Shown here: piece after piece, positions 54,470-62,805 of the stretch | How the letters are laid out: the number at the start of each line of letters is the position of its first letter | How positions within the stretch are numbered: the first letter of the stretch is position 1 | Assembly: GCA_934691225.1 (NCBI GenBank) | Contig: CAKUSQ010000001.1 | Span: 536,880-600,879, forward strand | Origin: an uncultured Opitutales bacterium | GTDB lineage: Bacteria > Verrucomicrobiota > Verrucomicrobiia > Opitutales > UBA9783 | Direction: 5' to 3' | Length of the DNA: 64,000 nucleotides | Position numbers and translations under genes: made by a program | Notes under the pieces: model-generated | The model's database searches: none | The model's input: only the letters and a program-made list of their open reading frames with translations | What the model was told of the DNA's origin: nothing

Positions 54470-54504
54470 AAACAAAAACGCTACATGAAAAACATGTAGC
54501 GTTT
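54470..54504 (-). terminator. Rho-independent terminator of LRR paralog 3
   Basis: AAACGCTACATG-aaaaa-CATGTAGCGTTT, with a T-run on the minus strand. Confidence 0.75.
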
Positions 54505-54526
54505 AATATTGAATAGGTTAATAGGG

Positions 54527-55882
54527 TTATTGTTGTTGAGGTATTATTGTTATCTGTATAGCATCTGGATCTAAGTCGGAATCAATTAAGATATCTATTA
54601 ACATATCCTTTATATCCTCTATATTTTTCTTACCGGTATCAATAATCGTAATGTTTCGTAATGCGCTACAACAATCAAAGCAACGATTGTCTAAAGAGGT
54701 TATTATAGAATCGGGGATAGTAATGTTTTGTAATCTAGAACAACCGTAAAAGCAACTACGGCCTAAAGAGGTAACAGAATTAGGGATAGTAATGTTTTGT
54801 AATGCTCTGCAACCAGCAAAGCAACCACAGCCTAAAGAAGTAACAGAATTAGGGATAGTAACGCTTTGTAATGAACTACAACCAGCAAAGCAACGATTGC
54901 CTAAAGAGGTTGCAAAGTTAGGGATCGTAATGCTTTGTAATGAATGACAATTAATAAAGCAACCATCCCCTAAAGAGGTTGCAGAATTATCATCGAAAGT
55001 AATGTTTTGTAATAAGTAGCAATTAGCAAAGCAACGATTGCCAAAAAGGATTACAGAATTCTTAGGGAAAGTAATGTTTTGTAATGAACAACAATAAGCG
55101 AAGCAATCATCACCTAAAGAGATTGCAGAATTATTATTGAAAGTAATGTCTTGTAATACAGTACAATTATCAAAGCAACTACGGCCTAAAGAGGTAACAG
55201 AATCAGGGATATTGATGTTTTGTAATGTATGACAATGCACAAAGCAATTAGGGCCTAAATGAGTTACTAAGGGAATGTTATATTTAAAAAAACGAGTATT
55301 TGGTATTGGTTGTTGAAACTCATTAGAGTACGCTATTCGATCTTCTTGTGTGAAAATAATGCCAGAAGCAACATTATGTTTTGTCAGATTATGGTCCCGA
55401 TAGAATTTATAATCTATTCGGTGTCCATACACATGTGCTGTAATGTTTTCTATGAATTGTTCTACTTCTTCTTTTAGGACGTTTGCTTCTTCTAAGGTTA
55501 TTACACCTGCATTTTCATCAGCATCTATTTTTTTAAAAAATTCATTTCTTATATTCTCATTTATAGCCTTAGTATTTTTTATATCTTTAATATCATGACT
55601 TTCTTGATATGAAAACAACACTCGTGTATTGATATTAGGGAAAAGCTTATAGTTGCTTTGTGTTAAAGGAATTGGGTTTTCCCTGAGCATTTTGAGTGCT
55701 GTTTGGCCATTTTTGCTAACAAATGGTAACTTCCTAAGGATCGTTTCATCATTGAGGTATAATGCAACGTTTGCTAAGTAGACAGGTTCTAGTTTTGATC
55801 CTGGATTGGCTTGAAGAGCTGAGCTTGGTAAAGCAGAAGCTGCTATTAACAATCCTAAGTTTAGTTTATTTTTCGTGTCCAT
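54527..55882 (-). CDS. F-box-like + BspA/TpLRR-type LRR protein, paralog 3 (451 aa, about 10 LRR units)
   Basis: The start is moved to MDTKNKLNLGLLIAASALP (55882). The 30 extra codons in the ORF track read through the upstream paralog's terminator. It has the longest repeat block (NINIPDSVTSLGRSCFDNCTVLQ ... NITIPDSIITSLDNRCFDCCSALR). Confidence 0.85.
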   Translation of the reverse strand: MDTKNKLNLGLLIAASALPSSALQANPGSKLEPVYLANVALYLNDETILRKLPFVSKNGQTALKMLRENPIPLTQSNYKLFPNINTRVLFSYQESHDIKDIKNTKAINENIRNEFFKKIDADENAGVITLEEANVLKEEVEQFIENITAHVYGHRIDYKFYRDHNLTKHNVASGIIFTQEDRIAYSNEFQQPIPNTRFFKYNIPLVTHLGPNCFVHCHTLQNINIPDSVTSLGRSCFDNCTVLQDITFNNNSAISLGDDCFAYCCSLQNITFPKNSVILFGNRCFANCYLLQNITFDDNSATSLGDGCFINCHSLQSITIPNFATSLGNRCFAGCSSLQSVTIPNSVTSLGCGCFAGCRALQNITIPNSVTSLGRSCFYGCSRLQNITIPDSIITSLDNRCFDCCSALRNITIIDTGKKNIEDIKDMLIDILIDSDLDPDAIQITIIPQQQ

Positions 55883-55892
55883 ACTTTTTAAA

Positions 55893-55921
55893 AGTATAGC
55901 AATGAATTTGCATCTTGTCAA
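55893..55921 (-). promoter_or_regulatory. Near-consensus sigma-70 promoter of paralog 3
   Basis: On the minus strand: TTGACA (55921-55916), a 17-nt spacer, TATACT (55898-55893), then only 10 nt to the ATG. The other three paralogs keep a TTGACA box (53166-53171, 54442-54447, 57171-57176) about 46 nt upstream of their ATGs, with a weaker -10. Confidence 0.5.
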
Positions 55922-55946
55922 AGTTGAAAATGGATACGGTTTATAT

Positions 55947-55981
55947 AAACAAAAACGCCACATGAAAAACATGTAGCGTTT
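55947..55981 (-). terminator. Rho-independent terminator of LRR paralog 4
   Basis: AAACGCCACATG-aaaaa-CATGTAGCGTTT, with a G-U pair on the minus-strand RNA and a T-run following. Confidence 0.75.
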
Positions 55982-56009
55982 AATATAGAATAGGTTAATA
56001 GGTGTTTTG

Positions 56010-57125
56010 TTAACGTATTGTTATTAGTATAGCATCTGGATTTAAGCCAGAATTAGTTAAGCTTTCTATTAACATATTTCTTGTAGCGTCCGTATCACCC
56101 TTACCAGTATCGATAATCGTAATGCTTTGCAATTTATCGCAATGCCAAAAGCAATCATAACCAAAAGAAGTAACAGAATTAGGGATAGTGATATCTTGTA
56201 ATGCGCTACACATCTTAAAGCAACCAATGCCTAAAGAGGTAACAGAATCAGGGATATTGATGTTTTGTAATTTAGAACAATACTCAAAGCAATAATCGCC
56301 AAAAGAGGTAACAGAATCAGGGATATTGATGCTTTGTAATGAACAACAATAAGCGAAGCAATCATCGCCAAAAGAGGTAACAGAATCAGGGATATTGATG
56401 TTTTGTAATTTAGAACAATTATCAAAGCAATAATCGCCAAAAGAGGTAACAGAATCAGGGATATTGATGTTTTGTAATTTAGAACAATTCTCAAAGCAAT
56501 AATCGCCTAAATGAGTTACTAAGGGAATGTTATATTTAAAAAAACGAGTATTTGGTATTGGTTGTTGAAACTCATTAGAGTACGCTATTCGATCTTCTTG
56601 TGTGAAAATAATGCCAGAAGCAACATTATGTTTTGTCAGATTATGGTCCCGATAGAATTTATAATCTATTCGGTGTCCATACACATGTGCTGTAATGTTT
56701 TCTATGAATTGTTCTACTTCTTCTTTTAGGACGTTTGCTTCTTCTAAGGTTATTACACCTGCATTTTCATCAGCATCTATTTTTTTAAAAAATTCATTTC
56801 TTATATTCTCATTTATAGCCTTAGTATTTTTTATATCTTTAATATCATAACTTTCTAGAAATGAAAACAACACCCGTGTATTGATATTAGGGAAAAGCTT
56901 ATAGTTGCTTTGTGTTAAAGGAATTGGGTTCCTCTTGAGCATTTTGAGTGCTGTTTGGCCATTTTTGCTAACAAATAGCAAATTCCTAAGGACTGTTTCA
57001 TCATTTAAGTATAATGCAACGTTCGTTAAGTAGATAGGTTCTAGTTTTGAAGGATCAGATTGGAGGTTCGGTAAAATAGAGGTTGTTATTAACAATCCTA
57101 AGTTTAGTTTATTTTTTATGTTCAT
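56010..57125 (-). CDS. F-box-like + BspA/TpLRR-type LRR protein, paralog 4 (371 aa)
   Basis: Same N-module (MNIKNKLNLGLLITTSILP...LEPIYLTNVALYLNDETVLRNLLFVSKNGQTALKMLKRNPIPLT). The middle region is identical to paralog 3. The LRR block contains near-identical 23-aa units (NINIPDSVTSFGDYCF(E/D)NCSKLQ). Confidence 0.85.
   Translation of the reverse strand: MNIKNKLNLGLLITTSILPNLQSDPSKLEPIYLTNVALYLNDETVLRNLLFVSKNGQTALKMLKRNPIPLTQSNYKLFPNINTRVLFSFLESYDIKDIKNTKAINENIRNEFFKKIDADENAGVITLEEANVLKEEVEQFIENITAHVYGHRIDYKFYRDHNLTKHNVASGIIFTQEDRIAYSNEFQQPIPNTRFFKYNIPLVTHLGDYCFENCSKLQNINIPDSVTSFGDYCFDNCSKLQNINIPDSVTSFGDDCFAYCCSLQSINIPDSVTSFGDYCFEYCSKLQNINIPDSVTSLGIGCFKMCSALQDITIPNSVTSFGYDCFWHCDKLQSITIIDTGKGDTDATRNMLIESLTNSGLNPDAILITIR
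56238..56513 (-). repeat. Four direct 69-bp tandem units (each one 23-aa LRR) inside paralog 4
   Basis: GGTAACAGAATCAGGGATATTGATG recurs at 56238, 56307, 56376 and 56445, exactly 69 bp apart. Units 1, 3 and 4 differ by only a few nucleotides. Confidence 0.9.
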
Positions 57126-57253
57126 TATTTTTAAACTACAGTGATGAATACAAATTAAATATTTTTATTTTGTCAAGATTGAAAGCGTTGAAAAATATGT
57201 TTCATTAGATGTTTTTCGTTGCGGATTATTAGGGTGCATATTAGGATAAATGC

Positions 57254-58351
57254 ATGGGATCGATGTTTTTGCCATTAAAATCTGTGAAGGCTTGGATTGG
57301 ATTAGATGGTTTTATTGATAGGATTATGCTGCCTGTTCAGACAAGAACAGGAATGGGTAATGCATTTAAACCGTATGAATCATTGAAAGATTTTGGTCAG
57401 AGGATCCAAATGGCATCGGGTTCTAATTTAAATATAGAACTTTTTGAAAAAATAGAAAAAATGGGAGGTAATGGGCCTTTATTAGCTAATGCAATGGTTA
57501 ACTTAGGGGTGGATGTTCGTTATGTTGGAACATTAGGATTACCTGTGCATCCATTGTTTCAAGATTTTGCTAAAAAAACAAAAGCAATTTCTTTGGGAAA
57601 TTATGGTGAAACTTGTGCATTAGAGTTTTTAGATGGAAAATTGATCCTTGGTAACACACAAGTTTTAGATCAAATTACCTATGAACGATTAGAACAGTTT
57701 ATTCCTAAAGATCAATGGATTCAAACATATACAGAATCGTCGCTTATTTCATGGCAAAATTGGACCATGATGATCCATATGACAGAAATTTTGAAGAGCG
57801 TTTTAAGCAATATTTGGCCTTATGTTGAAAATAAAACGGACCGAATTTGTTTCTTTGATCTGGCAGATCCAGCAAAAAGATCGTACGAATCATTAAAGTG
57901 TTTTTTAGAGCTTTTACCGAAATTTCGAGATAAAAGCAGTGTGTTTTTAGGATTAAATCGTGCAGAAGCTAAGTACGTTGGTGAGTTATTGGGTTTGAAT
58001 TTCCCTAAACATATGATGGATGAGTCATCTTATGGTTGGATAAGAGATTTGCAAAAAAAGTTAAGTATAGATGGAATATTTGTTCATTGTTGTGATGGAG
58101 CTCTTGCTGTCGTAAGGAATGAAATTGCTTTTGAACCTGCGCAACCTGCTAAATGTTTGACGTGTTTAACGGGAAGTGGCGATCATTTTAATGCAGGATG
58201 TTTGAGTGGGCTTTTAATGAATTTATCGCTTGCACAATGTCTTCGTTTGGGACATATTACTTCTGTCTTGTACATTGAGTCTGGGCAATCACCTACGCTG
58301 GAATCAGTCGAGCATTTTTATTTAAATAATATAAAACAAGAAAGGATGTAG
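57254..58351 (+). CDS. PfkB/ribokinase-superfamily carbohydrate kinase, substrate unknown
   Basis: GGNGPLLANAMVNLGVDV near the N-terminus and a C-terminal TGSGDHFNAG (GxGD motif), 365 aa. Confidence 0.55.
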   Translation: MGSMFLPLKSVKAWIGLDGFIDRIMLPVQTRTGMGNAFKPYESLKDFGQRIQMASGSNLNIELFEKIEKMGGNGPLLANAMVNLGVDVRYVGTLGLPVHPLFQDFAKKTKAISLGNYGETCALEFLDGKLILGNTQVLDQITYERLEQFIPKDQWIQTYTESSLISWQNWTMMIHMTEILKSVLSNIWPYVENKTDRICFFDLADPAKRSYESLKCFLELLPKFRDKSSVFLGLNRAEAKYVGELLGLNFPKHMMDESSYGWIRDLQKKLSIDGIFVHCCDGALAVVRNEIAFEPAQPAKCLTCLTGSGDHFNAGCLSGLLMNLSLAQCLRLGHITSVLYIESGQSPTLESVEHFYLNNIKQERM

Positions 58352-58352
58352 G

Positions 58353-58997
58353 ATGAAATATAAAAAAAAGGGTGTTTTTATTACTTTTGAGGGATGTGAA
58401 GGTTGTGGAAAAACAACACAGATTAGTATGCTTTCAGAACGTTTACAGAAAGTTGATAAAGAGATTTTAGTGACACGTGAACCTGGGGGAACGGTAGTAG
58501 GTGAGATGATTCGACATATTTTATTGGGGAGTCACGATATATCTGCCATGTGTCCAGAAAGTGAATTATTGTTGTTTGCAGCTAGTCGTGCACAATTGGT
58601 TCGTGAGGTTATTATTCCACAACTTGAAGCTGGAAAGTTTATTTTGTGCGATCGCTTTTTAGATTCAACAACCGTTTATCAGGGGGTCGCTCGTCAATTA
58701 GCCGAAGGTCCTGTAAGAATTATCAATGAATTTGCAGTAGGTGATTTAATGCCTGATTTAACAATTGTACTAGATATTCCTGCAGAAGAAAGTCAATTGC
58801 GTGTACAGCGTCGTATGAATAGCATTCCGGATAGAATAGAAAAAGAAAGTATTGATTTTTATTCAGCGGTTCGTGAAGGTTATTTATATTTGGCAAAAGA
58901 ATTTCCTAAACGTTTAGTACTGATAGATGGTTCAAAAAATGTTAAGAGTGTAGCTGAATCTATTTGGGAGGCTGTAGAGTCTCGTTTTTTAAAGTAA
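58353..58997 (+). CDS. tmk: Thymidylate kinase
   Basis: FITFEGCEGCGKTTQ P-loop, REPGGT, and DRFLDST. Confidence 0.93.
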   Translation: MKYKKKGVFITFEGCEGCGKTTQISMLSERLQKVDKEILVTREPGGTVVGEMIRHILLGSHDISAMCPESELLLFAASRAQLVREVIIPQLEAGKFILCDRFLDSTTVYQGVARQLAEGPVRIINEFAVGDLMPDLTIVLDIPAEESQLRVQRRMNSIPDRIEKESIDFYSAVREGYLYLAKEFPKRLVLIDGSKNVKSVAESIWEAVESRFLK

Positions 58998-59842
58998 TGG
59001 AGGCCGTAGATTATTTTTCAAAAATTCCGCAAAGTGTGCTTGTGTCAGGTGCATCTATAGAAGTAGTTGCACATTTTGTGGAGACTTGGGCAGCCACACT
59101 TTTAGATATTTTGCCAGAAAATGTTAATCAGCATCCTGATTTTCATGCTGTTCGTCCAGTTAATAAAATGCGACAAATCGGTGTGGATGCGCTGCGTGAT
59201 TTAAATCGTAATGTTTATACGTCTTCTCAGCAAGGTGGACGTAAGGTATTTGTTATTTATGAAGCAGATCGTTTAAATGTGGCAGCAGCGAATGCTTTGT
59301 TGAAAACTTTAGAAGAACCTACGTCTGATACTTCTATTTTTTTAGTCACCGTTCGTCCTTATGATTTATTGCCAACGGTACGCAGTCGTTGTTGGTGTAT
59401 ACAATACAATGAAAAAGCTGATAAACCTATCGTTTCAGCGTTCATGCAGGATTGGTTGTCCCAGTTTAAAGAAATTGTTCAATGTTATAGTGAAAAACAG
59501 CAGGCGATTTCACCTTTGAAAATTTATGGTTTGCTTTATCGCCTACAAGGTTATCTTAATCAACAAAAAGATTTGTTAGACACAGAGGAAGAAGCATTGG
59601 AAGAGGAGGTGAAGATTGCTCAGAAGGCTAGCCTTGAAAAGCGATTTGTACAGGAGATTTTTGGGGCGATTGAGTTAACTTTAAGCGAAATTATTCACAA
59701 ATCTTCGGTAAAAAATGCTGCACATGAATATTATTCTACATGGATTCAACAGTTGGAGTCGTGTTTTAGTAGAATAGAAGTTAATTTAGGGCCTATTGCT
59801 GCATTAGAACCTTTTTTATTGCAATTTTGTAAACCTTTATGA
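58997..59842 (+). CDS. holB: DNA polymerase III delta' subunit
   Basis: KVFVIYEADRLNVAAANALLKTLEEPTSDTSIFLVT...LLPTVRSRC is the classic delta' box. The start at 58997 overlaps the tmk stop (TAATG). Confidence 0.85.
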   Translation: MEAVDYFSKIPQSVLVSGASIEVVAHFVETWAATLLDILPENVNQHPDFHAVRPVNKMRQIGVDALRDLNRNVYTSSQQGGRKVFVIYEADRLNVAAANALLKTLEEPTSDTSIFLVTVRPYDLLPTVRSRCWCIQYNEKADKPIVSAFMQDWLSQFKEIVQCYSEKQQAISPLKIYGLLYRLQGYLNQQKDLLDTEEEALEEEVKIAQKASLEKRFVQEIFGAIELTLSEIIHKSSVKNAAHEYYSTWIQQLESCFSRIEVNLGPIAALEPFLLQFCKPL

Positions 59843-60804
59843 ACACATTAGAAGCTTTAAAACAGTATACAAAAGTTGTTGCGGATACAGGAAATTTGGA
59901 TGAAATTAGTGCGTTGAAACCGGAAGAAGCTACAACCAATCCGACGCTTATCTTAAAAGCGGTTCAGCGTGAATCTGAATCTAAATGTTTATTCGAAGCT
60001 TATGATTTAGCAAAAACATTAATAAATAATCCGCCTTCGTGTCAGCAAATTTTGCAAGCTTGCCTTATTGTTTTTGCAAGAAAAATTCTGCAAATTATCC
60101 CAGGACGTGTTTCTATAGAAGTGGATAGTCGGTTATCTTTTGATACGCAAGCAACCGTTGAAGCAGCGCAAAATTTGGTTCAAATTGCGAAACAAGCTAA
60201 GGTAGATACGCGTCGAATACTCATAAAAATTGCAGCAACTTGGGAAGGTATTCAGGCTGCAAAAATTTTAGAAACGCTTGGAATTGCTTGCAATTGTACA
60301 TTGATATTCAATTCTGTTCAAGCTTTAGCCTGTGCTCAAGCCAAGGTTACATTAATATCGCCATTTGTCGGACGTATTTATGATTGGCATTGTGCGCATA
60401 TGATCGACAAAGCAATGAAGGAAGATCCAGGTGTGATTTCGGTTAAACAAATTTACTACTTGTTGAAAAGTCAAGGTTTTTGTACTGAAATCATGGGAGC
60501 TAGTTTCCGAAATATAGATGAAATTTTAGCTTTGGCAGGTTGCGATCGCCTTACGATTGCACCTAAATATATTGAACAGATGCAACAAATGGATTGTACG
60601 GTTGTTCCTAAGCTTATCCCTCCAGCAAAAGTTGAACAGCCACCTGAAGTAAAAGCGTCAGATTTTCACTGGCAGATGAGTCAAGATGCGATGGCTACTG
60701 AAAAACTAGCAGAAGGAATTCGACTTTTCGCTAAAGACAATGACATTTTATGTCAAAAAATCGAACAAGTTCTAAAAGATAATTACCTATCTTATAGTTA
60801 TTAA
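59839..60804 (+). CDS. tal: Transaldolase
   Basis: LKQYTKVVADTGNLDEISALKPEEATTNPTLILKA aligns with E. coli TalB. IKIAATWEGIQAAKILE includes the active-site Lys region. Confidence 0.93.
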   Translation: MNTLEALKQYTKVVADTGNLDEISALKPEEATTNPTLILKAVQRESESKCLFEAYDLAKTLINNPPSCQQILQACLIVFARKILQIIPGRVSIEVDSRLSFDTQATVEAAQNLVQIAKQAKVDTRRILIKIAATWEGIQAAKILETLGIACNCTLIFNSVQALACAQAKVTLISPFVGRIYDWHCAHMIDKAMKEDPGVISVKQIYYLLKSQGFCTEIMGASFRNIDEILALAGCDRLTIAPKYIEQMQQMDCTVVPKLIPPAKVEQPPEVKASDFHWQMSQDAMATEKLAEGIRLFAKDNDILCQKIEQVLKDNYLSYSY

Positions 60805-60815
60805 TTTTTAATGAA

Positions 60816-60905
60816 TGGCGGAGAGAGGGGGATTCGAACCCTCGGTGGAGTTACCTCCACACCTGATTTCGAGTCAGGCACATTCGGCCACTCTGTCATC
60901 TCTCC
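60816..60905 (-). tRNA. tRNA-Ser (anticodon CGA), class II with long variable arm, CCA encoded
   Basis: Folded manually. Acceptor GGAGAGA/UCUCUCC, anticodon stem CCUGA/UCAGG with loop CUCGAAA, variable arm GUGGAG..CUCCAC, and T loop UUCGAAU with one A-C mismatch in the T stem. Confidence 0.88.
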
Positions 60906-60923
60906 ATGCTTATTAATTTATAT

Positions 60924-60953
60924 GTAAAAACATTCTCGTGTTTATCACAAGAA
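60924..60953 (-). terminator. Candidate terminator downstream of rseP
   Basis: On minus-strand RNA: UUCUUGUG-auaaa-CACGAGAA (8 bp including one G-U), followed by UGUUUUUAC. Confidence 0.45.
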
Positions 60954-60968
60954 AATTTATTGTTATTT

Positions 60969-62681
60969 TTAATGCATCGGCAAAGGTTCCATGAGTTTTT
61001 CAAAGCGCTGCTGTGAAGCTTCTGTCTCAAGATCTCCTTGCCAACGACGAATATCGAAGAAAATTACGTAAGCCATCAGCCCTAAAAACAGAAGTACAAA
61101 AAGATTTTGTGTAACAATAATGAATTTTGCAGGCAAAGGTTTTCGGAAAATTTTTTCAAATACGGCAAATAAAATATGTCCTCCATCTAAAACCGGAATG
61201 GGGAGTAAATTTAAAATGGCTAAGTTGATATTGAGCAGTACGATGAACCAAAGTAAACGTCGAAAATCATCTGTAGAAAATCGGTGTAATAACCGCATAA
61301 TGCCGGGAGCTCCCATTAAATGCTGCATTTTTACATCAGAATTCTTATTGATTAAGCTGGATAACGTCCCAAAAGTAGAACTAATCGCTTGTTTAAATTG
61401 TATCCAAGGATTATCATGAATAAGTTGCATTGGTTGCGAAAAAAATAAACCTAGACGTTGGATCGTTTCAGCCGGGTGAAAAGCCAAATTATCAGGCTTT
61501 AAATTCGGGATAACCATTAAACGTTTGTGTTGTTGCGTTTGGATTTCCAACATGATGGTTCGGCTCTCACAAGATTTTAAAATTTGTTCTAAGTGTTCTA
61601 AATTTTGCAGATGAATACCGTTACAAGATAATAGCGTTCCATTTTGAGGGATCGCAGAAAGTAATTGCCCTTTTACTTCCAAGATATGCACATTATCATT
61701 CAATTGGTAGAAGTCGAGGTAGGTATCATTTTCGCCATAATGCAGCCAAGCACGAGTGTGAGGTTCTGATTTTATGTCGCAAGGAATTTGAAGAAATTCG
61801 TCATTTCGTTTAATGGATAATTCTACATGAGAGGGTTTTTGTGTATTTAAATACTCACGTAAATCGACAAAGGAAAATAATGGAATCTGATCAACTTTTA
61901 ACAGAATATCTCCTTTTTTTATGCCACATTTTTCAGCTGACGATTCTTTTTCAAATCCTTCAACAATTAACGTTTGTTTAGGCGACAAGATACCACTAAA
62001 ACGAATTTCATCACCTGTTAAAGGATTGGTTTGCATCATAACAAGTTTTAGGTAGGTATGACTAATTTGTTCGTGTCGTTGATAGGTGATTTTTACTTGA
62101 GGATTTCCTTCTTTATCACGACCATTACCTAAAATAATGTTTTTTTCGATATCGGAAAAAGTATTAATGGGAGTATTATCAACGGCAATAATTTTATCAC
62201 CTTTTTGAAGGCCAGCTTGCATGGCTGGCGTAGGTACACCGTTATATTCAGGAAGTATGTAACCGATTTCTGTGCAACTGTCTTGTGTAGGGACTTTTAA
62301 CCCGACACCCCATAAGATGCATGCTAGTACGAATGCTAGCAGTAGATTGAAAAGAGCTCCCATGATGGCTACGAGAAACTTGTCCGTGAATGTTAAAGGT
62401 TTAGAAGTGTCTTTTGTATTTCCTTCCAAAATGGGAATTTCGCCCATTTGTGGTAAAGCTACATACCCACCTAATGGAAGCAGAGCAATGCAGTATTCAG
62501 TTTCACCACGTTTCCAAGAAAAAATTTTAGGACCAAATCCTATGGAAAATTTAGGAACACGTAGGCCGCGTTTTTTGGCTATGATGAAGTGTCCAAACTC
62601 ATGAATGAATATGGAACCACCGAAAAAAAACAGCATCCAAAAAATTCCCCAAAGATTTAAAAGTATTGATTTCCAATCCAT
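60969..62681 (-). CDS. rseP: RIP (site-2) zinc metalloprotease RseP/YaeL family with extended PDZ region
   Basis: HEFGHF zinc motif in TM1 (IFIHEFGHFIIAKKRG), PDZ-like segments (AMQAGLQKGDKIIAVDN; AEKCGIKKGDILLKVDQ), and the C-terminal NLLPIPVLDGGH motif. At 570 aa it is longer than the roughly 450 aa of E. coli RseP. Confidence 0.9.
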   Translation of the reverse strand: MDWKSILLNLWGIFWMLFFFGGSIFIHEFGHFIIAKKRGLRVPKFSIGFGPKIFSWKRGETEYCIALLPLGGYVALPQMGEIPILEGNTKDTSKPLTFTDKFLVAIMGALFNLLLAFVLACILWGVGLKVPTQDSCTEIGYILPEYNGVPTPAMQAGLQKGDKIIAVDNTPINTFSDIEKNIILGNGRDKEGNPQVKITYQRHEQISHTYLKLVMMQTNPLTGDEIRFSGILSPKQTLIVEGFEKESSAEKCGIKKGDILLKVDQIPLFSFVDLREYLNTQKPSHVELSIKRNDEFLQIPCDIKSEPHTRAWLHYGENDTYLDFYQLNDNVHILEVKGQLLSAIPQNGTLLSCNGIHLQNLEHLEQILKSCESRTIMLEIQTQQHKRLMVIPNLKPDNLAFHPAETIQRLGLFFSQPMQLIHDNPWIQFKQAISSTFGTLSSLINKNSDVKMQHLMGAPGIMRLLHRFSTDDFRRLLWFIVLLNINLAILNLLPIPVLDGGHILFAVFEKIFRKPLPAKFIIVTQNLFVLLFLGLMAYVIFFDIRRWQGDLETEASQQRFEKLMEPLPMH

Positions 62682-62805
62682 GTGCTACCTACTATAATTC
62701 ATTTTTTATGAAATACAATATGAAAAATTAAAGTTTTTGAGCAATAAATTATGTAGAAAATATGGTTAATATTTTATCGTTTAAGATGTTTTTGTATAAA
62801 ATTCC

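Larger units (their letters stand above)
51551..57180 (-). repeat. Tandem array of four paralogous cassettes (promoter - F-box-like/LRR gene - terminator)
   Basis: A conserved intergenic unit of about 130 bp (terminator hairpin + TTGACA box + leader) and a conserved first 230 bp of coding sequence recur at about 53.1-53.25, 54.4-54.53, 55.88-56.0 and 57.1-57.18 kb. The 3' coding tails are also conserved. Confidence 0.9.

Noticed and set aside
55883-55972. 30-codon N-terminal extension of LRR paralog 3 in the ORF track (MFFMWRFCLYKPYPF...)
   Set aside because: It reads through the promoter and the upstream paralog's terminator hairpin. All other paralogs start at the conserved M(N/D)(T/I)KNK methionine.
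56231-56494. 87-aa ORF with repeated LILLPLLA peptide
   Set aside because: It is an alternative frame of the 69-bp tandem LRR units in paralog 4. Its periodicity is an artefact of the repeats.
56169-56513. Regularly spaced repeats as a possible CRISPR array
   Set aside because: The period is 69 bp with no unique spacers. The units are contiguous, in-frame and encode canonical 23-aa LRRs, and no cas genes or leader are present.
61120-62604. Plus-strand ORFs 61120-61419 and 62272-62604
   Set aside because: They are antisense to rseP, which has definitive HEFGH and LDGGH motifs.
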